Below are positions 9,769 through 23,200 of a stretch of DNA of 53,450 bases, in pieces; the first letter of the stretch is position 1, and the number at the start of each line of letters is the position of its first letter. A model generated the notes under the pieces. It was not told the origin of the DNA and searched no databases. It was given only the letters and a program-made list of their open reading frames with translations. Both the position numbers and the translations under genes were made by a program. This stretch comes from Deltaproteobacteria bacterium (lineage in GTDB: Bacteria; Desulfobacterota; BSN033; UBA1163), in the NCBI GenBank assembly GCA_037441725.1, contig JBBIRT010000002.1:2111-55560 (forward strand). Reading direction: 5' to 3'.

Positions 9769-10920
9769 ATGGAAAAGAGAATATTGGGGTTGAGTTTGTT
9801 TGTTTCAATAATGTTTGTATTTGTAATTCATGTAGGCGGTGAAGAGGTAAACCCTGCGGCAAAACCTGCCTCAAGTCCAGATGAAATAAAGAGGATTCTG
9901 GAGGAGATAAGAAATTACCTGGGATTAAACATCTATCTTCAGGGAGGGTATACATTTAACCTTAGAAACCCTGACTCTAAGACAAACGAACAGAGGATTT
10001 TCGACAAGAAGGCAAATTCTTTCCTCATAGATCTTGCACAGATACAGTTTGCTAAGGATGCACCGGTGGGAGGAGTTGGGTATAAACTAAAAGTTTCAAT
10101 GGGTGAAACAGCAAAGTTCATACACTCGGCCGGTCTTGGGGACCCTAATGACGAGGTGGACCTTACAGAGGCATATGTGGATTATGTTGCACCCCTTGGA
10201 AGTGGTCTCAAGCTGAGATTTGGAAAATTTGCAACTTACCATGGTGCCGAAGTTATAGAAGCAAGGGATCATTTTAACTATTCACGTTCATTTCTCTTTA
10301 ACTATGCAATCCCTTTTACTCACACGGGTTTGATGGTAGGGTATGCATTCTCGAAAGCCTTTAGTGCCAACCTCTATGTGGTCAATGGGTGGGATGCCTT
10401 CCATGACAATAACAAAGGTAAAACTTTTGGAACAAGTTTCGTTTTGATACCCATCGAGCCCTTGTTCATGAACTTAGGGCTCATGTATGGACCCGAACAA
10501 CCTGACAATAGTTCACATCATAGGTTTCTCATTGATTGGGTTGGAATATTTAAGGCAACGAAAAATCTGACCTTCACCATAAATGCCGATTATGCGAATG
10601 AAAAGAAGGATCCACTCAATTTTAGTAGGTCTTCCAGATGGTATGGAATTGCGATTTATGCAAAGTATGATTTTATGGACTGGTTCAGTACTTCTATAAG
10701 GTCAGAATATTTTGTTGATCGAGATGGAGTCAGAACTGGAATTCGACAATCATTAAAAGAAATAACGATCTCACCCGAATTCAAAATTACGGAAAACCTT
10801 ATTGTAAGATCAGAATACAGACATGATTGGTCCAATAAAGAAGCCTTTCATTCCCATCGTAATCCATTAGTAAAGAAGAGCCAAGACACCTTTGCAATAG
10901 GCATGATGTATACATGGTAA
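9769..10920 (+). CDS. Putative outer-membrane beta-barrel porin
   Basis: Signal peptide (MEKRILGLSLFVSIMFVFVIHVGG), alternating hydrophobic beta-strand pattern, Tyr/Gly-rich, C-terminal aromatic beta-signal (IGMMYTW). Sits directly upstream of amt. Confidence 0.6.
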   Translation: MEKRILGLSLFVSIMFVFVIHVGGEEVNPAAKPASSPDEIKRILEEIRNYLGLNIYLQGGYTFNLRNPDSKTNEQRIFDKKANSFLIDLAQIQFAKDAPVGGVGYKLKVSMGETAKFIHSAGLGDPNDEVDLTEAYVDYVAPLGSGLKLRFGKFATYHGAEVIEARDHFNYSRSFLFNYAIPFTHTGLMVGYAFSKAFSANLYVVNGWDAFHDNNKGKTFGTSFVLIPIEPLFMNLGLMYGPEQPDNSSHHRFLIDWVGIFKATKNLTFTINADYANEKKDPLNFSRSSRWYGIAIYAKYDFMDWFSTSIRSEYFVDRDGVRTGIRQSLKEITISPEFKITENLIVRSEYRHDWSNKEAFHSHRNPLVKKSQDTFAIGMMYTW

Positions 10921-11139
10921 CCGGACAGGATCATAACATAATCGGTCATGGCGTAGCGGCAACCTTGAACTATGAAAATATGCTAAGTTTTTGGGTTTAC
11001 GGTTACGAAGCCCGTATCGGTAATGGGGGTGGTGGTCACATGGAATTCTTAAGACAAATGAAGTATCCGAATGATGAAACGGACATCCTGACCACTATCC
11101 CTAAACGAACCCAATTCCTAACTGATAAGGAGGACTGAA

Positions 11140-12492
11140 ATGAAAACAATGAAACCTTTTATATTTATAATCATCTTAGCCATTCTTTTTTTCCCCACCC
11201 TATGCTCTTCACAGGAGAAGTCTGGTCCTGATTTAAAAATCATAGTAGATACGGTCTGGGTTCTGATTACTGCGGCGTTGGTCTTTTTTATGAATTTAGG
11301 ATTTGCTGCGGTAGAATCTGGTCTTTGCCGAGCAAAAAATACCGTAAATATCCTATCGAAAAATGTAATCGTCTTTTGTGCCACCAGCCTTGCCTTCTGG
11401 GCGGTTGGATTTGGCCTTATGTTTGGGGATGGAAACCCCTTCATAGGATTAAAAGGCCTTTTTCTCCTTGGGGTTGATAACAGTCCTGCATCAGGGGATG
11501 CTTATCACGGAATCTTTTCCTCTCTTAACTGGACAGGGATTCCTCTCTTTGCTAAATTCTTTTTTCAACTGGTCTTTGCTGGGACGGCTGCGACAATTGT
11601 CTCGGGGGCGGTTGCAGAGAGAATTAAGTATTTCTCATTTTTTTTCTTTTCCTTCTTGATGGGAGCAATCATCTATCCGATTCCAGGGCATTGGATTTGG
11701 GGAGGGGGATGGTTGTCCCAATTGGGTTTTAAAGACTTTGCAGGTTCAACAGTTGTTCACAGTATTGGTGGATGGTCGGCCCTTGCCGGGGCCTACCTTC
11801 TTGGACCACGAATTGGAAGATATGGATCCGATGGGAGGGTAAACCCCATACCCGGTCATAACCTTAGCCTGGCTACCATTGGAGCCTTTGTCCTATGGCT
11901 AGGATGGTTTGGATTCAATGGCGGAAGCACTATGGCTGCTGATCCTCAATCGATCTCACTTATCATTTTAAACACCAACATGGCGGCAGCTGCTGGTGGA
12001 TTGGCTGCAACCTTCACCTCCTACTTCGCCATAGGTAAACCAGACTTGAGTATGCTCCTTAACGGGCTTCTTGCAGGTCTGGTGGGAATTACGGCCGGCG
12101 CTGATGGAGCAACTGTTTTGGGATCGATCGTGATAGGATTTATTGCTGGCATCTTAGTCGTCTACAGCGTCATCTTTTTCGATCGGGTTAGGATTGATGA
12201 CCCTGTGGGTGCTATTTCTGTCCATCTCGTTAATGGAATATGGGGAACCTTTGCCGTAGGTCTCTTCAATCAGGAAGGGGGTCTTTTATATGGCGGAGGG
12301 CTGAAACAGCTCTTGATCCAGATGGTAGGAATCCTTGCCGTTGCCGTCTTCAGCTTGATCTCCAATTTTATTCTATGGAAAATTGTTCAGGGTGTTATGG
12401 GCTTGAGGGTCTCTGAAGAAGAGGAAGTTCAAGGTCTCGATATTGGCGAACATGGGATGGAAGCCTATCCAGACTTTTCATTAAAAGCCTAA
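11140..12492 (+). CDS. amt: Ammonium transporter (Amt family) with N-terminal signal sequence
   Basis: 450 aa. Typical Amt motifs ([35 protein letters not shown]) and RBS AAGGAGG. Confidence 0.93.
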   Translation: MKTMKPFIFIIILAILFFPTLCSSQEKSGPDLKIIVDTVWVLITAALVFFMNLGFAAVESGLCRAKNTVNILSKNVIVFCATSLAFWAVGFGLMFGDGNPFIGLKGLFLLGVDNSPASGDAYHGIFSSLNWTGIPLFAKFFFQLVFAGTAATIVSGAVAERIKYFSFFFFSFLMGAIIYPIPGHWIWGGGWLSQLGFKDFAGSTVVHSIGGWSALAGAYLLGPRIGRYGSDGRVNPIPGHNLSLATIGAFVLWLGWFGFNGGSTMAADPQSISLIILNTNMAAAAGGLAATFTSYFAIGKPDLSMLLNGLLAGLVGITAGADGATVLGSIVIGFIAGILVVYSVIFFDRVRIDDPVGAISVHLVNGIWGTFAVGLFNQEGGLLYGGGLKQLLIQMVGILAVAVFSLISNFILWKIVQGVMGLRVSEEEEVQGLDIGEHGMEAYPDFSLKA

Positions 12493-12529
12493 CCCCCTCC
12501 TAACCTCCCCTTAATTGAAGGGGAGATAG

Positions 12530-12901
<372 letters not shown>

Positions 12902-12923
12902 ATTCCAATTCCCACCTTTAATT

Positions 12924-12958
12924 TGTTTGTTTCCAAACAAACTGTTTAAAAACAAACA
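12924..12958. promoter_or_regulatory. Two adjacent TGT-N10-ACA motifs (NifA-type UAS candidates) overlapping an 8-bp perfect palindrome GTTTGTTTccAAACAAAC
   Basis: TGT(12924-26)-N10-ACA(12937-39) and TGT(12943-45)-N10-ACA(12956-58), about 100-135 bp upstream of the sigma-54 promoter at 13060. Confidence 0.35.
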
Positions 12959-13059
12959 GAAAGATCCATTATTTAATCAAATAACCCTCTTTTTATTGGG
13001 TTTCCAACCTCTTAATAATTATAATAAATTATAATTAAATCCATTCTCCTCCCACCAGA

Positions 13060-13075
13060 TGGCATAAGGATTGCT
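13060..13075 (+). promoter_or_regulatory. Sigma-54 (-24/-12) promoter TGGCATAAGGATTGCT
   Basis: Near-consensus GG/GC elements at the canonical register. Predicted +1 is about nt 13086, only 2 nt before the ATG at 13088. Confidence 0.7.
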
Positions 13076-13087
13076 CTTAAATGGGCC

Positions 13088-13807
13088 ATGAAAGTTTTAA
13101 TTCTCAAACACGTAGAAATAGAAGGTCCAGGATTAATAGAAGTCTGTTTGAAAAAAGGAAAGATCCCTTACGAGATCCTTGCACTCAACTCCAGTATTTC
13201 TTTACCAAAACTTGATGCTTTCACTCATCTTGTCATCCTGGGTGGTCCCATGAATGTTTATGAAGAAGACCTCTATCCGTTTCTTAAAAAGGAGGACCTC
13301 TTCATCAAAGAGGCTCTGCAAAGAGGGAAATCGATTTTGGGGATCTGTCTGGGAGCCCAGCTGATCGCCAAAGCACTTGGTGCCAAGGTCTTTCAAGCCC
13401 CTATAAAAGAAATTGGCTGGTATAAGGTTTCTTTGACCCCATCCGGCCTTAAGGATCCCATTTTCACCAATCTTCCACAGAGCTTTATGGTATTTCAGTG
13501 GCATGAGGATACATTTGAAATTCCAAAAGGGGCAATCCTACTGGCTACCTCAACCTCCATCCCTCACCAAGCTTTCCGATATGGAGAACATGCCTATGGC
13601 CTACAATTTCATCTCGAGGTAACCGAAGAGATGATTCATAAATGGATGGAAGTTTATAATGGGGAATTGGATCAGAGTAAAAATCCTCATTCCTCAAAAG
13701 CACAAATCCTGATTGAAACTCAAAAGAATATCAATACCTACACTGGAAGAGGGCTAAAATTCTTAAAAAAATTTTTAAGATCGAGCGATGAACCACTGAC
13801 CCTTTGA
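13088..13807 (+). CDS. Stand-alone class I glutamine amidotransferase (GATase1, GuaA-like)
   Basis: 239 aa. Nucleophile elbow GICLGAQLIA and His-x-Glu (LQFHLEV). No synthase domain attached. Confidence 0.85.
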   Translation: MKVLILKHVEIEGPGLIEVCLKKGKIPYEILALNSSISLPKLDAFTHLVILGGPMNVYEEDLYPFLKKEDLFIKEALQRGKSILGICLGAQLIAKALGAKVFQAPIKEIGWYKVSLTPSGLKDPIFTNLPQSFMVFQWHEDTFEIPKGAILLATSTSIPHQAFRYGEHAYGLQFHLEVTEEMIHKWMEVYNGELDQSKNPHSSKAQILIETQKNINTYTGRGLKFLKKFLRSSDEPLTL

Positions 13808-13839
13808 ATTCTTGTACCTCTTTAATAAGGAGGAGTGAA

Positions 13840-15066
13840 ATGAAGGTAGACACCGGAGATACAGCGTGGATTTTCATCTCATCGGCCTTGGTGATGTTGA
13901 TGACCCCAGGGTTAGCCCTTTTCTATGGAGGGATGGTAAGGTCTAAAAATGTATTAGGAACAATCATGCAAAGCTTTATTGCTCTTGGGGTCATCACCAT
14001 TCAATGGGTTCTTTATGGATATAGTCTGGCTTTCGGCCCTGACATCGGACACGTAATCGGAGGTCTCAATTGGATTGGTCTCAGGGGCGTGGGGCTCGAA
14101 CCTTTCCCTGATTATTCTGCAACCGTACCCCATCAGGCCTTTATGATCTTTCAGATGATGTTTGCGGTAATTACCCCTGCTCTGATCACCGGGGCCATAG
14201 CGGAAAGATTTAAATTTAAAACCTATCTTGTCTTTCTCATCCTATGGGCCACTTTTGTCTACGACCCTCTGGCACACTGGGTCTGGGGAGTTGGGGGTTG
14301 GATCAGAAATCTTGGAGCCCTGGATTTTGCAGGAGGATTGGTTGTCCATGTCAGCTCAGGGGTGGCTGCATTGGCAGCCGCCTTAACGGTGGGAAAGAGG
14401 AAAGGTTATGGAGATGAACCGATGCCCCCCCACAATTTAACCATGACCCTTTTGGGTGCGGCCCTCCTCTGGTTCGGTTGGTTTGGATTTAATGGGGGAA
14501 GTGCAGTGGCCTCGGGTGGTCTTGCAACTAATGCCTTTGTGGTAACACATATCTCTACCGCTTCAGCAGCCCTCTCGTGGATGATGGTTGAATGGGCCTA
14601 TCGCGGGAATCCTACAGTTCTCGGGGCAGCATCAGGGGCAGTGGCTGGATTGGTTGCAATCACTCCTGCCTCAGGTTTTGTAGGACCTGTCTCCGCCATT
14701 CTCATTGGACTTGCTGCAGGTGTAGCCTGTTATTTTGCCATCAACCTAAAGAATAGACTGGGATATGACGATTCCCTCGATGTCGTTGGCGTACACGGAG
14801 TGGGCGGTACCTGGGGAGCACTGGCCACTGGCCTCTTTGCATCTAAGGCAATCAATCCTTCTGGGAATGATGGTCTATTTTTTGGCAATCTATCTCTGGT
14901 CGGAATTCAGGCCCTCAGTGTTATTTCTGCATGGATCTACTCTTTCACGGTCACTCTAATCATTTTAAAGATTCTTGATCTGACCATGGGATTGAGGGTC
15001 AGCGAGGAACATGAAATCAGTGGGCTCGATATTAGCCAGCATGGAGAAGCCGGTTACTCATTTTAA
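13840..15066 (+). CDS. amt: Ammonium transporter (Amt family), second copy
   Basis: ATG 13840 is preceded by AAGGAGG, whereas the ORF-track start 13804 lacks an RBS. Motifs [30 protein letters not shown]. Confidence 0.93.
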   Translation: MKVDTGDTAWIFISSALVMLMTPGLALFYGGMVRSKNVLGTIMQSFIALGVITIQWVLYGYSLAFGPDIGHVIGGLNWIGLRGVGLEPFPDYSATVPHQAFMIFQMMFAVITPALITGAIAERFKFKTYLVFLILWATFVYDPLAHWVWGVGGWIRNLGALDFAGGLVVHVSSGVAALAAALTVGKRKGYGDEPMPPHNLTMTLLGAALLWFGWFGFNGGSAVASGGLATNAFVVTHISTASAALSWMMVEWAYRGNPTVLGAASGAVAGLVAITPASGFVGPVSAILIGLAAGVACYFAINLKNRLGYDDSLDVVGVHGVGGTWGALATGLFASKAINPSGNDGLFFGNLSLVGIQALSVISAWIYSFTVTLIILKILDLTMGLRVSEEHEISGLDISQHGEAGYSF

Positions 15067-15076
15067 TACTACAAAT

Positions 15077-15139
15077 TGTTCATCGTTCATCGGTCATCGT
15101 TCATTGTTCATAGTTCATTGTTCATCGTTCATTGTCCTA
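15077..15139. repeat. Tandem heptanucleotide array (YGTTCAT) x8 plus one degenerate unit
   Basis: tgttcat cgttcat cggtcat cgttcat tgttcat agttcat tgttcat cgttcat tgtccta. It fills the amt-glnK spacer and ends just before the glnK RBS. Confidence 0.9.
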
Positions 15140-15150
15140 TGGGAGGTTAG

Positions 15151-17959
<2,809 letters not shown>

Positions 17960-18233
17960 AGAGAGTCACCTCTTTTAAACTCAGGCATCCCTTAAAAACT
18001 CTGGAATCCTTGTCCAATCCTCTTTCATTTTCACCTCTTAAAATTTTTTGACTTTTTCACCTAAATAAATAATTAGAGTTCTACTTTTGGTTCGATCTCA
18101 CTATCTTAAAGCAATAGGGAGAAGTCATTTAATAACTCCGTAGACAGATTCTATCGGATGGGAAGATGATAAATGGAATGGGTCAGGACATGCTCGACCA
18201 AGCCCAACTCCATAAAAGGTAAGCTGAAGAATA

Positions 18234-18572
18234 TTATCTTAGATATTCTTCAAATAACTCTTTGATCAGTATCTCGTTCTTGTTCTGAACTTTCTGCATC
18301 TCAGCCAATTCGACATTCTCATAAGGCTGTTTCATTCGCTTGTTTCTCAGTCTTGTCATCTCCTCTTCCAGATATTTTAAGGTATCGGAAATGGCCTCTG
18401 ACATCGAAGAGATTGAACCTTTAGCTTTCTTAAAAGTCTCTTTATCTAAATAGGATCGATTGATTAAATGAAAACGCTCAAAAAATTTTTGAAACTTTTC
18501 TATCTCCTTCTGACTCACTTCCTCTTTTAAGATAATCTGTTTCAATCCATCTAATATTTTATTCAATTCCAT
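18234..18572 (-). CDS. Hypothetical alpha-helical/coiled-coil protein
   Basis: ORF with a good RBS (GAGGGAG) before the internal ATG (MELNKILDG). Charged heptad-like composition. No family recognised. Confidence 0.5.
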   Translation of the reverse strand: MELNKILDGLKQIILKEEVSQKEIEKFQKFFERFHLINRSYLDKETFKKAKGSISSMSEAISDTLKYLEEEMTRLRNKRMKQPYENVELAEMQKVQNKNEILIKELFEEYLR

Positions 18573-18785
18573 AAATCTCCCTCTCGTAACAACCCTATTC
18601 ATTATTATTTATCATAAAGACATCTCTCCACTTCTCTGCCCTTTTTTATACACCTTGACGGAAATTCATCATCTATTTTAACCGATTCAATCAATCTAAA
18701 TCCAAGTCTAATTCGACGCAAATAAAATATCAATCAATTTCAATCAGTTATCAAATTAAAAGATTTATGATCCAATTTTCTCATG

Positions 18786-18801
18786 TGGTATGTCATTTGC
18801 T
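18786..18801 (+). promoter_or_regulatory. Sigma-54 (-24/-12) promoter TGGTATGTCATTTGCT
   Basis: GG/GC at the canonical register. Predicted +1 is about 18812, 112 nt upstream of the glnA ATG. Confidence 0.7.
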
Positions 18802-18840
18802 TAATATCATTCATTATACAAAGAAGTATTTAAAGAGGAC

Positions 18841-18881
18841 AAAGGCGTCCCTTTCTTCTTTATAAGGGACGCCTTTTGTTT
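18841..18881 (+). terminator. Intrinsic-terminator-like hairpin inside the glnA leader
   Basis: Perfect 11-bp stem AAAGGCGTCCC / GGGACGCCTTT (GC-rich core), 14-nt loop, followed by TTTTGTTT. Orientation-specific for the + strand. Confidence 0.6.
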
Positions 18882-18923
18882 GGAAAAGAAGAATACTTTT
18901 AAAAAAGGCAAAAGGAGGAAGAG

Positions 18924-20246
18924 ATGGAGAAAGAGACTGTGTTGAAAATGGCAAGGGAAAATAACGTTAAATTTATTCGGCTCTGGTTCACTGACATCCT
19001 GGGGTTTTTAAAAGGGTTTGCAATCACCATTGACGAATTGGAAGGAGCCCTCGAAGAGGGGATGGGATTTGATGGCTCATCCATCCAGGGTTATGCCCGG
19101 ATAGATGAGAGCGACATGATTGCCAAACCCGATCCTAAGACCTTTCAGATCATCCCCTGGAGGCCAAAAGAAAACGCCGTCGCCAGGATGTTTGCAGACA
19201 TCTATGAACCGGATGGAACTCCTTATAAGGGTGATCCCCGATGGGTATTAAAAAGGGCCTTAAATAAGGCCCGAGATCTGGGATATACCTTCTATGTTGG
19301 TCCTGAATTGGAATACTTCTATTTCAAATCAAATGATGGGATTCCTCAAATTCTTGACCGAGGAGGTTATTTTGACCTCACCCCACTTGATGTTGCCACT
19401 GAACTCCGGCGTGAAACCATTTTAACCCTTGAGGCCATGGGGATTCATGTTGAATACAGCCATCATGAAGTGGCTCCCAGCCAACATGAGATTGATCTTA
19501 GATACGAAGAAGCCCTTACCATGGCAGACCACGCCATGACCTATCGTCTCATAGTTAAAGAGATTGCATTACGGCATGGAGTCTATGCGACCTTCATGCC
19601 CAAACCCATCTTTGGACAGAATGGAAGTGGAATGCACACCCATCAATCTCTCTTCAAGGGGGATAAGAATGCCTTTTTCGATCCTAAGGATGAATTTCAT
19701 CTTTCCAAGATAGCCAAATCCTATATTGCGGGTATTTTGAAACATTCAAAGGAGATCACTTCTATTACTTCGCAATGGGTAAATTCCTATAAGAGGCTTG
19801 TGCCGGGTTATGAAGCCCCAGTCTATATCTCCTGGGCAAGAAGAAACCGTTCTGCCCTGGTCCGAGTTCCCATGTATAAACCGGGAAAGGAAAAAGCCAC
19901 TCGGATCGAATTTCGATCACCCGATCCTGCCTGTAATCCATATCTCGCCTTTGCTGTAATGCTTGCAGCAGGATTAAAAGGGATTGAAAAGGGATATGAA
20001 CTTCCTCCACCTGTTGAAGAAGACATCTTTGAGATGTCAGAGGAGGCACGAAAGAGACACGGAATCGAATCCCTTCCCGGAAACCTTCTTGAAGCAATCC
20101 AACTTACAGAAAAAAGTGACTTAGTGCGGGAAACCCTGGGAGATCATATTTTCCAAAAATTTATTGAAAATAAAAAGATGGAATGGGATCAGTACAGGAC
20201 CCATGTCTCTCAATTTGAACTGGAGAAATATCTACCCATTTTATAG
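18924..20246 (+). CDS. glnA: Glutamine synthetase, type I (short, GSI-alpha-like)
   Basis: 440 aa. Motifs FTDILG, GFDGSSI, GPELEYF, SHHEVAPSQHEID, NGSGMHTHQS, RVP...ATRIEFRSPD. RBS AAAGGAGG. Confidence 0.95.
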   Translation: MEKETVLKMARENNVKFIRLWFTDILGFLKGFAITIDELEGALEEGMGFDGSSIQGYARIDESDMIAKPDPKTFQIIPWRPKENAVARMFADIYEPDGTPYKGDPRWVLKRALNKARDLGYTFYVGPELEYFYFKSNDGIPQILDRGGYFDLTPLDVATELRRETILTLEAMGIHVEYSHHEVAPSQHEIDLRYEEALTMADHAMTYRLIVKEIALRHGVYATFMPKPIFGQNGSGMHTHQSLFKGDKNAFFDPKDEFHLSKIAKSYIAGILKHSKEITSITSQWVNSYKRLVPGYEAPVYISWARRNRSALVRVPMYKPGKEKATRIEFRSPDPACNPYLAFAVMLAAGLKGIEKGYELPPPVEEDIFEMSEEARKRHGIESLPGNLLEAIQLTEKSDLVRETLGDHIFQKFIENKKMEWDQYRTHVSQFELEKYLPIL

Positions 20247-20279
20247 GGGGTGAAAGAAAAAGTTTAGGGGTTGATAAGA

Positions 20280-23200
20280 ATGAACCAAAATAGAAATCAT
20301 TTAACCTGGAAAAAATATCTTGAAGATTTTCTACAGCATCATTCTGACTTAAAGGTAATCGAAGATCCTGAGAAACTTGAGTACTATCGTTCTGATCTTA
20401 ATGTGGATCTCCCTCCTCTGATTCGTGATTTAATGTTAAAAAGCCTTCCGGATCTGGTTCTTCAACCCTCCACAGAAGAACACATATTAAAGATCTTTGA
20501 TTTAGCGCGTAAGCATAAAATCCCATTAACGATTCGAGGGGCTGGCACCTGGGGATATGGAGGAGCAGTCCCAACCCAGGGAGGAATTCTGATTGACCTC
20601 AACTTAATGGATAAGATTGAAGTCAATCCCGAAACCCTGGAGCTGACGGTTGGGCCAGGGGCGCGTTTTCATGACATCCACCAACAACTCGAACGATATG
20701 GACTCTCCCTTCTCAGCATGACATCTGGTAAAGGTGGAACGTTCATCGGATGGATCGCTACAGGAGGGATGGGATATGGTACCTTCCATTATGGCCCTGT
20801 AGAAAAACAGTTGATCTCCCTTCGGGTAATTTCTCCGGATGGAAGGATTCGAGAAATCAAATCAGAAGATCCAGAAATCAAATACTTTCTTTCAACAGAA
20901 GGCCAGATGGGTATCATCGTTCAAGCAACGTTAAAAATTGGGAAACAACCCTCCCGATGGTTTCCCTTTCTGCTCCCCTTTGAGACACAAGCCTCTGCCT
21001 ACACCTTGACTCAGAAGCTTTCCCATCATCCTTTCATTAAACCCGATGATCTGATGGTTTATCATAACGAATTGGTACGAATGCTCAAGTCACAATCAAA
21101 CGGAAAGATAACCATCCCTGATAAGAATCTCATGTTAGTTGTCTTTTCAAGAGAGGAAAAGGCCCAAGAATTTAAAACTTATCTGCAAGAAAATTCTATT
21201 CAACCTGCTGATGAAGAATTAGCCCACTATCTTTGGAAAGAACGATTCGTTCCAATGTCCATCAAACCGTTTGGACCATCTCTTTTAGCCGTGGAGGTTC
21301 TTCTCCCTATCGATCAGGTGGCCCCCTATTGTGAAAAGATCAGCGAGTGGGGAAAACGATTAGGCGTAAGCCTTTATCCTTCCTCCCATCTCGTGAGCAA
21401 GGATCAGGTCCTTTTCCTGGCCATGATCACCTCAGACCATCGAAAGACTATCTTCTATATTGATTTGATGCTTATTCCCATGATGGTTCGCCTTGCTGTC
21501 CAATTTTATCGAGGAAAACCCTATGGTCTTGGAATATGGAATACACCCTTTTTGCATGATCTCTATTCAAAGGAAGAGCGAAAGGATCTCATCCAATACA
21601 AAAGAAAGGTAGATCCATTAAAGATCCTGAATCCCGGAAAGTTCTTTCATGTTTCCGGAAGATTAGGTCCCCTTCAAAAAATTCTCTTCCATTCAGATCT
21701 TTTCAACCTTGAACTCGCCTCTACCCAATGGCTTCTTCTTAAACTCTTCTCCATTCTTCCGGAGAAAAAATTTCGGAAGCGCATCCCCATCCCACCACAA
21801 GGATTGGAGAAGATCGCTTATGAGGTCTTTTCTTGCGCTCAATGCGGAAATTGTGTAACTCGATGCCCAGTCTATCGGGCAACGAGGGATGAAACCTTTA
21901 CGGCACGGGGAAAACTTCTCACCATGAAGAGGGCCATAGAAACTCAAAAGATCGAACTTTCAAAAGTCCTTCCTCTTTATTTCTGTCTCCATTGTGGACG
22001 TTGTGATGAAGAGTGTCAGGTCAGCATAAACCATCGCCAGCTTTATAAGGATCTCGAGAAATATCTTTCAGATCGTATCGATTTTCCCATCCGGGAAATC
22101 ACTGACTTCGTCCAGGAGGTAGAAAAAAGTCCTGAATTTTATCGTTTTCTGGATGTCATCCGAACAGGCTTCGATCAAAAGATTCGAGAACAGCGGCAAA
22201 CCTTTTCAAAATACCGTGTTCGTATCGATGAGGAATATTGCCTTCATTGCGGGACCTGTGTGGATGCCTGCATGTATAGTGTTCGCAAACGGAATGATGC
22301 CGATCCACGTCAAGTTATCGTGGTGGATGAATCCCTGTGCCGGGGCTGTGGGGCATGTTTAGAACGTTGCCCCCAGATAGCAGCAGGCCTTCCAGCGACA
22401 TCGGTAGAACTCCATCCTGACTATCTCAGTATGGATCATCCCTATTGGAATAGCGAAGTCATATCACGGATCGACCTTGAGGCCACGACAGGAAAGATCC
22501 CCGTCTCTGGAACAGGTCAGGGAGATCCCCACCGGGGCTCGGGCAACGATGGGATTCGTTTTGGTCATTTTCATATCGTCGGGCCAGCCCAGAATCTTCT
22601 CTATGAGAGTTCTGCCGATGCGATTGCCATTCACCTTGGCCAGCGGCCTAAATATCTCAAGTTCAATGGAGTGGAGATCGAAACTCCCCCACCCCGTCTC
22701 GTCCATCTTAAAACCCCTTTAATCCTTGATATCCTTCCAGGCAATCAAAACGATGAATTATTAGATGCCATGCTGGAGGCAGCCTCCACGATGGGAACTC
22801 GTGTTACCCTCCGTTGGGAAGAGGTGAAACGATTTAGCTCAAAGATTGGAAATCGGTTGAATACCCTTATCCTTCGTCTCACCCTTGAAGACCTCAAAAA
22901 TATATTGGAGGGAAAGGAGAAGGTAAACTTGCTTAAGGATTCTCTTTTCGATTTGATTGAAATTGAATGGGAGGATTCCTTTTTGAATCATTTCAATCAA
23001 TTGAGGAGTCTCTTTTCAGAATCTCAAGTTCTCTGTGCTGTTTTAAAAGTGAAAAAAGAGGATGTCTCCCCTGAACTTCAGCTTTCTTCTGAATTTCAAA
23101 AAAGGTTAGAGTTACTTTCCCAATCCCCTTTTGATGTCCTTTGTCTTTCCTCAGATTACGACTCTGATCAAGGGTATTATCCCACGACTGATGCCGTTCC

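Noticed and set aside
10914-11138. 74-aa ORF filling the porin-amt spacer
   Set aside because: Its ATG overlaps the porin stop, it has no RBS, and no family is recognised (Gly-run GNGGGGH). It cannot be excluded, but nothing supports it.
13804-13839. ORF-track upstream start for the second amt
   Set aside because: It is a non-ATG start without an RBS, overlapping the GATase1 stop. ATG 13840 has AAGGAGG at ideal spacing and gives a typical Amt N-terminus.
15077-15139. Possible CRISPR or minisatellite interpretation of the repeat arrays
   Set aside because: The units are only 7 nt with no spacers, and no cas genes are present. These are simple tandem repeats, not CRISPR.
18226-18251. Perfect 9-bp inverted repeat GAAGAATAT-N8-ATATTCTTC as a terminator
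   Set aside because: It overlaps the last codons of the minus-strand ORF and has no T-run on either strand. It is AT-rich and weak.
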